Shown piece after piece: positions 22,986 to 33,870 of a DNA stretch of 64,000 bases. The translations under genes were made by a program, and so were the position numbers. The stretch covers positions 512,001-576,000 of the forward strand of contig CAVZJV010000014.1 in assembly GCA_963775685.1 (NCBI GenBank), given 5' to 3'. Positions within the stretch are counted from its first letter, which is position 1. The number at the start of each line of letters is the position of its first letter. Below the pieces are notes generated by a model. That model was not told where the DNA came from and made no database searches. It saw only the letters and a program-made list of their open reading frames with translations. Source of the DNA: Candidatus Bathyarchaeota archaeon (GTDB lineage Archaea; Thermoproteota; Bathyarchaeia; Bathyarchaeales; Bathycorpusculaceae).

Positions 22986-23759
22986 CTAAGACTTGCTTTT
23001 TCCTTTTCTTCTTCGCATTATTATGTAAAGGGCAATTACCGTTGCAAACCCAGCTATAACAGCAACGATTATGTAATGTGAAATACCCGCAACCTCTGTC
23101 CAATTGGACCCCAAGTAATACCCCACATAAATCAAAACGCTATTCCATAAGAGGCACCCTAATATGGTGAAAACCAAAAACTTCGCTAGCGGCATCTTTG
23201 CAGCTCCTGCAGGAAATGATATTAATGTTCTTATTCCTGGGACCAAACGCGCCAGAAAAATCGTAAGTGAACCATATTTGTCGAACCATTTTCCCGCAAA
23301 TTTAAGTTGATCCAAAGAAAACAAGACCCTTCCCAAAATCCTGCGTTTTGTGAGTGCTTCAATGCCCTTCAAGCCTATGTAGTAGTCTATTAGTGAACCT
23401 ATAATGGCTGCGGCAGTTGCAACCATGACGGTAACCCAAAAATTAAACTGACCTATCGAAACAAGGTAGCCAGAAAACGGAAGCACCACTTCGCTTGGAA
23501 CTGGCAGGGAGCTTGATTCAAGAATCATTAAGCCAAAAATTCCTGAGTATCCCCATGAGGACACGGTTGTTTTTACGTCTCTTGTGAAGTTCATGAGGGC
23601 GCTGATTAATGGTCCGCTGGTTATTGATGTGTCTTCGATGAGCACATCTTCCGTTATCTCGAAAAGGACATACACTACGAGAACTATGACTATCGTAACA
23701 GCAATTATTTGAGGTGCTTTCCTTCGTAACAGCGAGATCTTCGAGCTTAGAGCTACCAA
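22986..23759 (-). CDS. DedA family membrane protein
   Basis: Motifs LESSSLPVPSEVVLPFSG and FLARLVPGIRTLISFPAG. Confidence 0.93.
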   Translation of the reverse strand: MVALSSKISLLRRKAPQIIAVTIVIVLVVYVLFEITEDVLIEDTSITSGPLISALMNFTRDVKTTVSSWGYSGIFGLMILESSSLPVPSEVVLPFSGYLVSIGQFNFWVTVMVATAAAIIGSLIDYYIGLKGIEALTKRRILGRVLFSLDQLKFAGKWFDKYGSLTIFLARLVPGIRTLISFPAGAAKMPLAKFLVFTILGCLLWNSVLIYVGYYLGSNWTEVAGISHYIIVAVIAGFATVIALYIIMRRRKGKSKS

Positions 23760-24026
23760 TGGTTATCAATTGACTTCAATGCTGAACATGAATTTATCTT
23801 AGCCTATAAGAAAGAGAAAAAGTCATCAAACAACGCTCCGGGTCAAACCCAATGAGTCCTCCCGAAAAACCATATCTTTCTGACTAAGATCCGGGTAAGA
23901 ATCATAAAAGAGTATACAAAAATTCATTTTTTGAATGCCAAAAGGTGTTAATGTTGTGCAGTCAAATCAAAATGCAATATAATGCTTGAACTTTCGAGTT
24001 GTGTAGTTTGGTCGGATGTAAATTTT

Positions 24027-24251
24027 TTAAACAACAGAGTGTTCGGATTGGACATCTCTGATTCGGCAATCAGGATTTATATACCGTATAGCAGGGCCCG
24101 CTTTCCATAGAGAATTATAAACTTCAAGAAACTCTTTGCTTGAAAGCTTTTTTTCTTTCTCGATTTTCAACATAGCTTGAGATATTTGGCCATTAGATTC
24201 AAGCGAATCTCCTTTGGTTTTCAAAGCATCTATAAGTCTTTGCTTTAACAC
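24027..24251 (-). CDS. Small hypothetical protein
   Basis: 74-aa ORF with GGAGG SD before GTG. Confidence 0.5.
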   Translation of the reverse strand: MLKQRLIDALKTKGDSLESNGQISQAMLKIEKEKKLSSKEFLEVYNSLWKAGPAIRYINPDCRIRDVQSEHSVV

Positions 24252-24404
24252 CTAATTCCTCCATTTTTGAAACAATGAGGTAACGCGATTTTTGGAGTGA
24301 CGCTTTGGCATTGGAACCTGCATGCCATAACTTTTCTCAAGCGCCTGTCGGCACTTTTCCGCAAGCATATCTTGCTTATTAGCCGAACATTTCTTTTCAA
24401 CCAT
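24252..24404 (-). CDS. Small hypothetical protein (50 aa, MVEKKCSANK...QKWRN)
   Basis: Manual translation; its stop abuts the start of the next ORF. Confidence 0.4.
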   Translation of the reverse strand: MVEKKCSANKQDMLAEKCRQALEKSYGMQVPMPKRHSKNRVTSLFQKWRN

Positions 24405-25418
24405 ATACTTAACCTATACAAAAATGGGGACTTGTAAAGATAAAAGGCGTATTTCTTTTTTAAATACGTATGTTTTTAAGGAATAATCTATTGAGGTTAA
24501 TATATCGATAAAAAGAATAAATCACACAATAAGTACAAATCAAAAAATAGTTTGTAAACGTGAGGGTAAAAGCAAAAAGTCTATTCACTATTTGGACTTA
24601 CCAACTTGTTTGGCTGAGTTATTAGTTATGCTTGGTTTTTTGGGTATTTGGAGTTGAGTGTTGCAAGTTTGGAGTCATTAAATGTACTCTTTGGATGTCG
24701 TTATAGAATATCTCTGATGGTCGTCTGCAACTTTGCGTAAAATGACTTTAGATATTTCTCGGGAGATACTTTTGGGAGCTTTGTTCCTCACGGGTAATTT
24801 ACTTATTTTGTCTAGAGAAGTTGTTTTCATTTAATTAATAGTAGATTTCAAGTCGGTAATTAAAAATTTTCAATCGAAAGTTTGGATAAGAAATTATTTA
24901 ATTGAGAATAAATAGGTTAATTTTGGAATATTAGAGAGAGTCTTAACTTGAACTTTATGTCAAAATGTTCTGGAGGGTTGGTTAATAGTGACCGCCCCAT
25001 GAGACTAATAAAATTTAAGCTTAAAGCAAAAATCAGTTACATTGCTCTGGAGAAAATCACAACGGAGATAATAGCGGATAATCTGGTTGAAGCGAAATGA
25101 ACAGTAAACTTTGCAAAATACGCCCCACTTCTAACGCTTAAATTGGTTATTGCATGATTCAAGAGTTTAGAGAAAGTCTTCCCTCTTTTGAAGAGTTTAC
25201 AATAAAATAAATGTAGGTTTCTAAGGGATGTTAACGCGTTTTTAAGTCTTCAATCTATTGAAATATTAAAAAAATAAAATATACCTAACGAATTGCTACA
25301 TCAATTAAGCAAGTTTTGCTTTTTAGCTATATTGTGCATTTTGAAATATCGCTTAAATCCTTTTTTTGATTTTGCTTTGTTTAAAGAAATAGAAATCACG
25401 AACCAGTTGGTGACATGT

Positions 25419-25745
25419 GTGGTTAGTAAAGATCAAGCCATAGGCGGTGCAATATTATTAATTTGCGGTCTGGTTGCAGTACTATACATTATAACGTTGT
25501 CTTATCCACAATGGCTAGTCACTTTCGGGCTGCTCAGCGTTTCTTCTAACGTTCAATTTTGGGTAATTGCTGTGCCGGTCTTTGTAGCTTTTGAAGCAAT
25601 AATGTTCATTGGAACATGGATAGGGTGGACAATGGCAACAACACTTTCTCCAAAACCAATCGAAAAAAACACAACTGAAAGAGATAACAACGGAGAAGGA
25701 ACAAAATTTGAGGAAAGTCAAGGTCCGGCCAAGATGGCAAGCTAG
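25419..25745 (+). CDS. Conserved archaeal two-TM membrane protein (SKDQAIG...WIGWTMATT.PKPIE)
   Basis: Motif pattern of a small TACK membrane-protein family; GTG start at 25419. Confidence 0.7.
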   Translation: MVSKDQAIGGAILLICGLVAVLYIITLSYPQWLVTFGLLSVSSNVQFWVIAVPVFVAFEAIMFIGTWIGWTMATTLSPKPIEKNTTERDNNGEGTKFEESQGPAKMAS

Positions 25746-25867
25746 ACATTGAGCTTAGACTGTTATATTATAAAAAACTTTAACTCCTTCAGCAATAAAG
25801 TAATGCAAGATCGAATTATCGGTAACAAATACTTTTGAGTCTATTTGCAAATCCACAATCAATTCAT

Positions 25868-26029
25868 TTAAAAGGGATGTTTTGGAGTTTTACGTTTGAG
25901 TTGTTTGCCTGGATTATTGTTACCACTAGTGTGTGCAGGGTGTGGGTTGCAGCAACCGCAGCAACAGCAACTTCTATTTATTTCGATTAATAGTCCGTTT
26001 GTTAATTTAGATTCTTTGCACGGTTTCAA
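25868..26029 (-). CDS. Possible Cys-cluster microprotein (SCCCCGCCNPHPAH)
   Basis: Manual translation of a 53-aa ORF below the track length cut-off. Confidence 0.35.
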   Translation of the reverse strand: MKPCKESKLTNGLLIEINRSCCCCGCCNPHPAHTSGNNNPGKQLKRKTPKHPF

Positions 26030-26186
26030 AAGTCACAAGAATGAACTGTTGCAACTTTTCAAGGAGAGAGCCAGAAACTGAAAAGCACAACAGATGAGAT
26101 CTAAATTTTTTTATAAGAACCATATAGAGATTTTATATGTTTGGTAAGAGTAAAATCAATCGAGTTATTTTGAACTCAAAAGACAA

Positions 26187-26432
26187 TTATGTTAAAGATT
26201 TAACCCTGAAAAATTTTAGGATCCTATCGCCTGAATCAGTGATGACAAAAGTAGCGGTTGCACAATTTTCTTGCTTTATAACTAATCCTTGTTCAACAAG
26301 CACACCAATATGTTCTTTCAGCCACTTCATATCGACATCTATTAAAGAAATTATTTCATCAAGGCGAGTAGGACCATGTTTCAAAAGTGAATTGACAACG
26401 CTAATGTACATCTCTAGTTGTGTCCTTGCCAT
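26187..26432 (-). CDS. Small winged-helix DNA-binding protein
   Basis: RTQLEMYISVV...LVEQGLV...FVITDSG. Confidence 0.8.
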   Translation of the reverse strand: MARTQLEMYISVVNSLLKHGPTRLDEIISLIDVDMKWLKEHIGVLVEQGLVIKQENCATATFVITDSGDRILKFFRVKSLT

Positions 26433-26770
26433 TGTCGAAGCCCAGTCTCTCTCTTTAAGGATTTGTCGGTGTTGAATTTTATAAATGTTGGCATTTTTTT
26501 ACCCTGCGGCAAGGTTTTATTTTGAGAACAATAAACTGAAACAATATTTTTTTGAATCGAAGCAAAATCATGTCGTTAACGCTGAGTTTAAAAACTTGGC
26601 TGTTTTTGGGAAGACATATTTTTCTATCCTGGAAGAGGTGGATTCGATCTTTTTGATGGCCGTTAGATGCGATAAACACCTTTCACTTTCAATTGCAAGT
26701 AATTTGATTTAGAGTTAAATTTTGTTGACATTTCCGGTTTTTTGCAATTTCAGGAAACTCTTGAGGTTGT

Positions 26771-27055
26771 CTAAGATTCTGATAAGTTGCCAACTATTTG
26801 GAAAACTTCTCTTATTAAAAGTTCCTGAATTCGGCTATATTCTTCTTCTGCCTTTAACGGATTCTTCAGACTTTTTGCATGTGTGGCCGCGTGAGCTTCT
26901 ATGATGCGACCCATCTCAGTCAAGTCAGAAACCAATAGAATTATAGTGCCACATTCACACCTAATTGAGATTTTTTCCTTGACTTGATTTTTTCTTTGCA
27001 TGCATTGTTCATCTAATATTCTGTCTATTGGAGAAGCGCTAATAAATCTTGCCAT
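26771..27055 (-). CDS. Small putative Zn-binding protein (CEC...HxxxH)
   Basis: IRCECGTIILLV...IEAHAATH. Confidence 0.6.
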   Translation of the reverse strand: MARFISASPIDRILDEQCMQRKNQVKEKISIRCECGTIILLVSDLTEMGRIIEAHAATHAKSLKNPLKAEEEYSRIQELLIREVFQIVGNLSES

Positions 27056-27183
27056 AGCGAAACAAATTTGCTTTTGTTAAGCAATTATGCAAATTCACCT
27101 CAAGTTTTTTTCACATTTGTTTAGTGAAATTGCAAAAGAACTTAAATATTGACTCTTTAGATTAATTATACCGGGGATAAGGT

Positions 27184-27969
27184 ATGGCTTATCTTGGACC
27201 GCTAAAATCCGAGCTAAAAATCCACATATTACTCAGTCTTTTAGAGCGGGAAAAAAAACTAGGAGATATCCGCGTCGATCTCAAATCTAGCGAAACCACG
27301 ATTCTCCATACATTAAAAGACCTTGAAGGCTTGAACCTGACTATCAAGTCTTGTGGTATTTACCGGTTGACATCATTGGGTCTTTTAGAAGCCCAAATGT
27401 GCAAATATGCAAGCTCGTCTAATGAAGTTATTGAAAAATTCAAAGATTTTTGGCTACTCCACGACTTATCTTCATTACCGCCCTGTCTGATGCTAAGAAT
27501 AGGAGCCTTGAGAGATTCAACTTTGATTCGAGCAGAAGCTCTCGAACTGGATAAAGTTTACAAAACCTTCAATGAAGTTCTTATGAAATCATCGAAAGTA
27601 ACAGGAATCTCCCCGATTTTCCATGCAAACTACATACCGGTGATAGAGTACTTGCTTAGCCTAAATGTGCCCGTTGAATTGATTCTCACCCCAGGCGTTC
27701 TTACTAAAACTCTGGCATTGGCTAAAAAGGACAACCTTAAGAAAAGCTTTGAAAGTGGTACGTTAAAGATTTACCTCAAAGAAAATTTAAAATTTGCTTT
27801 GACGGTCACGGACAAAAATTTCTCGTTGGGTCTTTTTAAGAATAATGGAGAATACGATGACAATATGGACCTGTTGTCACTAAATAAGGAAGCAATTGAA
27901 TGGGGACAAGAGCTTTTCGTAGATACTCTGAAAGACAGCACAAGAATTGAGTCGGAGGCGCTCATGTAA
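27184..27969 (+). CDS. HTH transcriptional regulator with DUF1724/FilR1-like C-terminal domain (COG4742-like)
   Basis: SELKIHILLSL...YRLTSLG, DFWLLHDLS.LP, GISPIF, SLGLF...YD, AIEWGQELF. Confidence 0.85.
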   Translation: MAYLGPLKSELKIHILLSLLEREKKLGDIRVDLKSSETTILHTLKDLEGLNLTIKSCGIYRLTSLGLLEAQMCKYASSSNEVIEKFKDFWLLHDLSSLPPCLMLRIGALRDSTLIRAEALELDKVYKTFNEVLMKSSKVTGISPIFHANYIPVIEYLLSLNVPVELILTPGVLTKTLALAKKDNLKKSFESGTLKIYLKENLKFALTVTDKNFSLGLFKNNGEYDDNMDLLSLNKEAIEWGQELFVDTLKDSTRIESEALM

Positions 27970-27986
27970 AATTAGAAGGGGAGTTA

Positions 27987-28823
27987 ATGTGTGTAAATGT
28001 TGCAAAGTTTTTGGTTTCAACCTCTTTGCTCTTATCGTTAGATGGTGCCCTCATCGTCATCTTTGGTTCGTTTCTCTATGCAATTCAAATAAATCCTGAA
28101 TTAGCGATAGCGTCATTTTTAGCTGTATTCTCAATCTACAACTTAAATAAAGCCACAGACAAAGTCGAAGACCAAGTCAATCAACGCGAAACGTGCTCCA
28201 AACCTAACAAACATTACTTTATTTTTTCAGTTGCCACCATGATTATAAGTCTCATAATAGGGGCTCTAATCAGCTTCTTCTCTTTCTTAATTCTAATAAC
28301 ACCTATCGTTATAGGTTTTTTCTACAGCATCAAGATATCGCATAAGCTGCCCAGACTTAAAGAAATAACAGGGGGAAAGAGTCTCTTTGTCGCCTCTTGC
28401 TGGAGTATTATCGGGGCTTTTCTGCCACTGTCTTTGCATCCGATCAATTTCGAGAAAGTTGCGTTAGTGTTCACTTACATTTTTGCTCAAGTAATGGTGA
28501 ATACTATTTTGTTTGACTATTTTGATGCCAAAGGGGATTTGTTAACGGGAATTAAAACAATCCCTACAGCACTCGGACCAAGCAGAACAAAGTTACTTCT
28601 CATCACTACAAATAGCACTTTGATATTATGGCTTGGCTTTTGTTGTTATGCTGGGTTATTCATCAAGTTTATTCCAGCCCTACTTTTGGGAATAATCTAC
28701 AGTTACTTAATAATTTGGCACTTCCTCATCAGTAAAAAATCTCGAAAAGGTATTACAGATATTATAATAGACGGAGAATGGCTCCTTATAGTTCCTTTAA
28801 TGCTACTACTTATTCTTGTCTGA
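27987..28823 (+). CDS. UbiA-family prenyltransferase
   Basis: Motifs YNLNKATDKVEDQVN, PRLKEI, NTILFDYFDAKGD...TIP. Confidence 0.88.
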   Translation: MCVNVAKFLVSTSLLLSLDGALIVIFGSFLYAIQINPELAIASFLAVFSIYNLNKATDKVEDQVNQRETCSKPNKHYFIFSVATMIISLIIGALISFFSFLILITPIVIGFFYSIKISHKLPRLKEITGGKSLFVASCWSIIGAFLPLSLHPINFEKVALVFTYIFAQVMVNTILFDYFDAKGDLLTGIKTIPTALGPSRTKLLLITTNSTLILWLGFCCYAGLFIKFIPALLLGIIYSYLIIWHFLISKKSRKGITDIIIDGEWLLIVPLMLLLILV

Positions 28824-28993
28824 GAACAGGGACATCACAATGAGTGCTAGTTTAGAGGCAATTTCTGAAACCTTTTACAAACAAAATAACTATCTTATTT
28901 TGTTGAGAATATTGACAACTATTGAGACACAAAAAAGTAATACATTGTCTCAACATCACCGATAAATACAACTTTCAAAATATTGTTTAATAA

Positions 28994-29977
28994 ATGCAAG
29001 TTCTTAAACGACATAAAACAATCGCTCTGGTTTCACTTTTTTTAGCTACCATATTAACTGTTTCAGCGGTTTTTATTGTCCAAAACATTCCTAAACCTTC
29101 ATCAAATCCGCATCCTTCCCCTACGCCCACCCTTTCTCCTTCTCCTTCCCAAAACTCACCATCACCGACATTTAATCCAACTGCAACCCCAACACCTGCC
29201 CCCACTTTCACTTCACAACCCACCCCAACACCTTTTCGTTTCCCAGGCGAAGTTAGTCAGTATCAGAACCAAACATTAACGCCCATTGTCGTTTATATCG
29301 ATACTATTAATCAGCACCCCGATGTTGCAATTGCTGGAACACAGTTTATAGATAAATCAACTTATCATTTAGCTATTACAGGCCTTGTGAATAATCCCTT
29401 AAGTTACACATACAATGAAGTCATAGACAGCTTTAATTCAACCCTAGAAGTTGCTACGCTTCCTTGCGTGGAAGGATGGAGTGCAACTCTGCTATGGGAA
29501 GGAGTCCCAATAAGCGATCTTCTTCAACAAGCAGGCGTTAGCTCAGATGCAACAACACTCATTTTCTTGGCATCCGACGGTTACTCAACCTCGCTACCAC
29601 TGGACTATGTAAAACAAAACAATATTACGATAGCCTACAAAATGAACAACGTACCCCTCACAGCTCAAACTGGATGGCCTTTCTTTCTTGTAGCCAAAAA
29701 CCAATATGGATACAAATGGATAGAATGGCTGACAGAAATTAACGTGTCAAGCAATTCAAGCTACCTTGGATACTGGGAAAGCCAAGGCTACCCCAATAAC
29801 GCAACGGTTTTCGTCCCAAACAACACCATACAACTACTAAGCAGTGTTCCTACCTTCCTTTCAGTTATCGTCATTTTGATTGCATTCGCAGTGATAGCAG
29901 GGGTAGTACTTGTTTCTTGGCGCAAAATAAAGAAAAATCAGAAATTAACTCTTTGTCAATGCCCGTTGCTTCTCTGA
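28994..29977 (+). CDS. Membrane-anchored molybdopterin-dependent oxidoreductase (sulfite oxidase/MsrP-like)
   Basis: Motifs LPCVEGWS, WEGVPI, DGYSTSLP, GWPFFLV, YGYKWIEWL, GYWE..GY; N-terminal TM, P/T linker and C-terminal TM. Confidence 0.88.
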   Translation: MQVLKRHKTIALVSLFLATILTVSAVFIVQNIPKPSSNPHPSPTPTLSPSPSQNSPSPTFNPTATPTPAPTFTSQPTPTPFRFPGEVSQYQNQTLTPIVVYIDTINQHPDVAIAGTQFIDKSTYHLAITGLVNNPLSYTYNEVIDSFNSTLEVATLPCVEGWSATLLWEGVPISDLLQQAGVSSDATTLIFLASDGYSTSLPLDYVKQNNITIAYKMNNVPLTAQTGWPFFLVAKNQYGYKWIEWLTEINVSSNSSYLGYWESQGYPNNATVFVPNNTIQLLSSVPTFLSVIVILIAFAVIAGVVLVSWRKIKKNQKLTLCQCPLLL

Positions 29978-30612
29978 TCCAATGCAGCGATGTTTGCTGC
30001 TTTTTTCTTTTAAAAAGAAAAAATCTTTCGAAGCATTGCAGCCGTTTCTTACTTCAATCTAAATAGCCAACAAAATCATTCGAGAGAATAACAACAACAG
30101 ACGACGATTTAGCGTTTGAATCAGGATTTCTAAGTCTTCTCTTAACAGCCTTTCTGTCTAATAGAACAACAACACTTGAAATTGCAGTAATGGCAGGGCT
30201 TGTTTTGGGTTGTTTTCTTGATTTAGGGTTTGCGGCGTTTGCAGGTTGCGTCTGGAAACGTTACAGAACGTCACAAAAAGGCAAAAGGTGTTCTAGTGTT
30301 TTTCTCGTTTGAAATAGATTTCCTATTTGGTTAAAAGCTCACTTTTTTTCTTCCTAACAACCTCCATTTTAATGGTAGAAAGAAAGGAAATAATCAGTAT
30401 CTCTTTTTAGTTGTAACTTTTGTAGCCTTCAACTCTTAATTTTGGGTTCATTAAGGAATTTTTTGCTTTGTGTAGTTGGTTGTGATTTCCAAAATTTTAT
30501 GAAAATGGAGACCATATTACTAAATCAGATATGTTAAGATTGCTGAAACACGATTTATAACATGAATTGTTCAACTTACAAAATAGAGAATAGCTATAGA
30601 AGAGGAAAAAAA

Positions 30613-30987
30613 GTGACATCAGAGTTAATTGAAAGTTCACCTAAAAGACGAGACAAACTTGTAATCATGACTGAAATTGTGTGCATCGCTAAAAAAGGGA
30701 CTTCGAAAACTCACATCATGTTTAAAGCTAGCCTAAGTTTCAGCCAGTTAAAACAATATCTATCTCTTCTGACGAAAACTGGTCTTCTTGAAAAATTTTC
30801 AATCAATGGAAAAGAGATTTTTAAATCGACGCCGAAGGGTATTGAGTTTATGGAGATGCAACAGTTCATTATTAATTTTCTAACTGAAGATTCTAAAGAG
30901 TATGGCAACTGTTTGAAAAATTCATTTATCTTCACCGCTCATAACAAAAGTAAAATTTTTCTGCGACCAATCAACAGAATGCTGTAG
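30613..30987 (+). CDS. Winged-helix DNA-binding protein
   Basis: KRRDKLVIM...KTHIMFKASLSFSQLKQYL...TPKG. Confidence 0.85.
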   Translation: MTSELIESSPKRRDKLVIMTEIVCIAKKGTSKTHIMFKASLSFSQLKQYLSLLTKTGLLEKFSINGKEIFKSTPKGIEFMEMQQFIINFLTEDSKEYGNCLKNSFIFTAHNKSKIFLRPINRML

Positions 30988-31422
30988 TATTAAATCAGTT
31001 ATCTTTTTGCTATTCATTTCTGCTTGTCTAGCCGAAAGATAGTATCCCAGTAATTAATTGTTGGCTTTCTGTGATAGAGTTGATAGTTTATTTTAAGTGA
31101 ACCTTTTTTGGTTAATAAACTTAAATAAAGTGATTCCTGAAGGAGAATTTTTGATTTCTGTGATAGTTTTTAGTTTTAACCTAAAACATTGAACAAATTT
31201 GAAATGTTTTAATTACCTCTTAAAAAAAATGGAAAAGGAGAATAAAGAGTCTTCAGTTTATTGATTTCTGGTTTTTAAAATATGAAAATAGTTTGTTTGT
31301 AGAGTTTAGCTATGGAACTAAGTTTAAAGGTTTAACTGGAGGTTACGATAGAATGTGGAGTTACTGTCGTTACGCTATTTGTTGAAACGTAAATAGAGGG
31401 GGTGTGTTTGTGGTTGTAGGGA

Positions 31423-31894
31423 ATGCTATGTAAATACCTTAAGAACTACGTCACAAAAAAAAACAATTTCCGCAGCCATATGCATTTTAATAATCATAGG
31501 TCTTAGCATGACACTGGAGGATTTTGTTTCAAATAGAAGCATTGTCCACGCAGAATCCGTTAAAGGGATAGGAGTCGGAATATACTGGGATCAGACATGC
31601 CTAAACAAAACTCAATCGCTGAATTGGGGCACAATAGCGGCAGGTTCCTTCAATAATTTGACTGTCTATGTTAGAAATGAAGGCAATTCTGAAGTCATAT
31701 TATCGTTGGGTACATCAGACTGGACTCCATCCTCAGCTTCCAGCGATATTTACATAAACTGGAACTACACAGACAATGTTCTTGGAACATACGAAGTAAC
31801 TCCAGTAAAATTAACATTAACTGTATCACCGACAATCGATGGAACAACCGATTTTAACTTTATAACAAGCATAACAGCAAGAAACGTGTATTAG
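31423..31894 (+). CDS. Secreted Ig-like hypothetical protein; signal peptide separated by a frameshift in an A9 run
   Basis: Body WGTI...VRNEGN...WNY. ATG 31423 joins the hydrophobic N-terminus if the A9 run near 31455 is A8. Confidence 0.6.
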
Positions 31895-32239
31895 CGCAAC
31901 TCGGAGTATTCTTTTTAGCAAAATAAATTAACAGGAATGGAAATAAAACGGATTTGATGGATACAAGTCTAGTCCAACCTTTGGTAGTGCAGAAAAAATG
32001 GTTAGAGAAAAGGCTTTTATTTTCAAATTGAAATATACCGTTAGGTGCGGTTTAAGCTTGGGTTAACTTAAACGAATGCGAAATATTCAGGAAGAGAGAG
32101 AAGAACAATTCACGTAACGTTTAAGTCAACCCACGCCTGGTTCAGGATTAATGCATTTAATAATAAATAGTGATGTGGTTGTGCTTTTGCAACAACAATT
32201 TTAGTAAAAATGGTATTTGTAACGGAATATTATAAACTA

Positions 32240-33010
32240 ATCACTACTGAACATACCGTCTAAACACCCATTTATAAGGGTGCGTTGACGCAAAGCATTA
32301 ACCTTATTGACGGAACAGAAATCTTTACTCTCAACACATATAAAAGCGCATTTACACTCTACCAGCAGCCATCGCAAACGGCTTTGCGACATTCTTTGAC
32401 GACTACGACAATCTAATTTATACCACAGGTAGAAGACCAAGCGTTACAACAATATACGCTCCAAAAACATCAAACGAAATAGGCAAATCGCTAATTATCG
32501 AGGCACATTAAGTGACATTTCTGCCGGCACAAAGCAATCTCCGCAAGCAGTTGTTTTTCCCAGCTGAGTGTCAGTTACATCTGATCCAATCAAGAAGGAA
32601 GGGATGTGCTATATTTACGAGGAAAAACCGTTGCCCAGCAATTTCAAGTCGTTGACGTCATAGTCGACGTCATCGATTCCAACTGTAACCTCCGAAACAT
32701 CGGCATAGCAAAAACTTGACTAAACCGGAAATGTATATTTTAACGTGGAAACTCGAAATTACTGGCAGCCAAAGTTATTGCAACTTTCCAGGACACTAAC
32801 GGAACTCCCCATTATCTTCAGAAACCAACTTTGTATTGATCAAGCCGCACCAGCAGCAATGCCAGCCGGCTACTGAAGCAGTATTGATGGCTAAACAACA
32901 CTTTTGTTTCAAAAGTTGCAGCAATAATCGTAATTATCATAATAGGATTTGCTGAGATAGAGCTCCTAACAGTCAGAAGGCTACCAAAAATCAAACACAC
33001 AAAGACACCT
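32240..33010 (+). pseudogene. Degraded C-terminal part of a PQQ-like beta-propeller surface protein
   Basis: Fragments YDNLIYTTGRRPSVTTIYAP, DISAGTKQ and VDVIDSNCNLRNIG align with YDQQIYALGKGPSSVTVDAP, DVSPGTQQ and INVVDSNGNYRTIG of 36389-39055. Multiple stops and frameshifts. Confidence 0.8.
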
Positions 33011-33124
33011 TCTCTTTTACTTTTTTATAGAATATTAATATTTAATAAAGATCTCATTATTTTTAGTCGTGGCTTCTTTTTTCAGCAAAATCTTGGTTGC
33101 GTCTTTTGCAGAAACTATGTTATT

Positions 33125-33410
33125 CTATATGATGCCGGCAAGATTCTCCTCTTCAATGATCAGTAATTCTGCATTGAGTTCTCTGAAGGATTTAGAATGC
33201 TTATTCCGTGAGCGGTGACAACGTAAGCTACATTGTTTTTTCCACTATTTTTTCTTCAACAAAGCCCTGCTTTAAAAGAAAGCCCAGGCATTGTGTTTAT
33301 ATGTCGCAGTTCATGCTTGCCTTGTACATGATGTAAGTTAACTTCAAAGGACCTCTTTGTGATAGGACCTTTAGAATATCAACGTACATTTCTAATTTTG
33401 AACGGCACAT
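33125..33410 (-). pseudogene. Winged-helix regulator pseudogene
   Basis: MCRSKLEMYVDILKVLSQRGPLKLTYIMYKASMNCDI*TQCLGFLLKQGFVEE, then frameshifts. Confidence 0.85.
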
Positions 33411-33870
33411 TCTTATCCGTCTTAACTTAAACTGAAAATTGCAATTAACGTTGTGGGCGTTGTAGACTGCATTTGCATTCGAAATATAGTTCTACTGGGC
33501 TTCACAATTCCGTTGATTTTCAAAGTTTGATTCTCGAATCCAAAACAAGTGATAAGCTATAACAGTTATGTCAATATTGCTAAGTCATTAAACAATCTAA
33601 TTCGCTTCATTTGAAACAACTTGGAGCCTCAGCCCATCACCCTAACAACATAAGAAGCAAACTAACGAACTATCGTATGATATAGTTAGAGGTAAGTAAG
33701 AATGAATTTATGAATTGAAGATGTTAAAAAAGATAAAAAGAGACAGTGTCTGGAAGTTAGGCATATTCCTTTGCTGATGTTGAGTTTTTCACATTTCCGA
33801 AAAGGTTAATGTTACCTTAAATTCTGACAGGCACAATTCCAACTAAAAAAAATGAAGGAAAGATTAGGGT

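Noticed and set aside
25896-26081. Poly-Q ORF on the + strand
   Set aside because: Likely the antisense shadow of a Cys-codon run on the minus strand.
29090-29235. Repetitive CCA/ACA-rich tract
   Set aside because: It simply encodes the Pro/Thr/Ser linker of the oxidoreductase.
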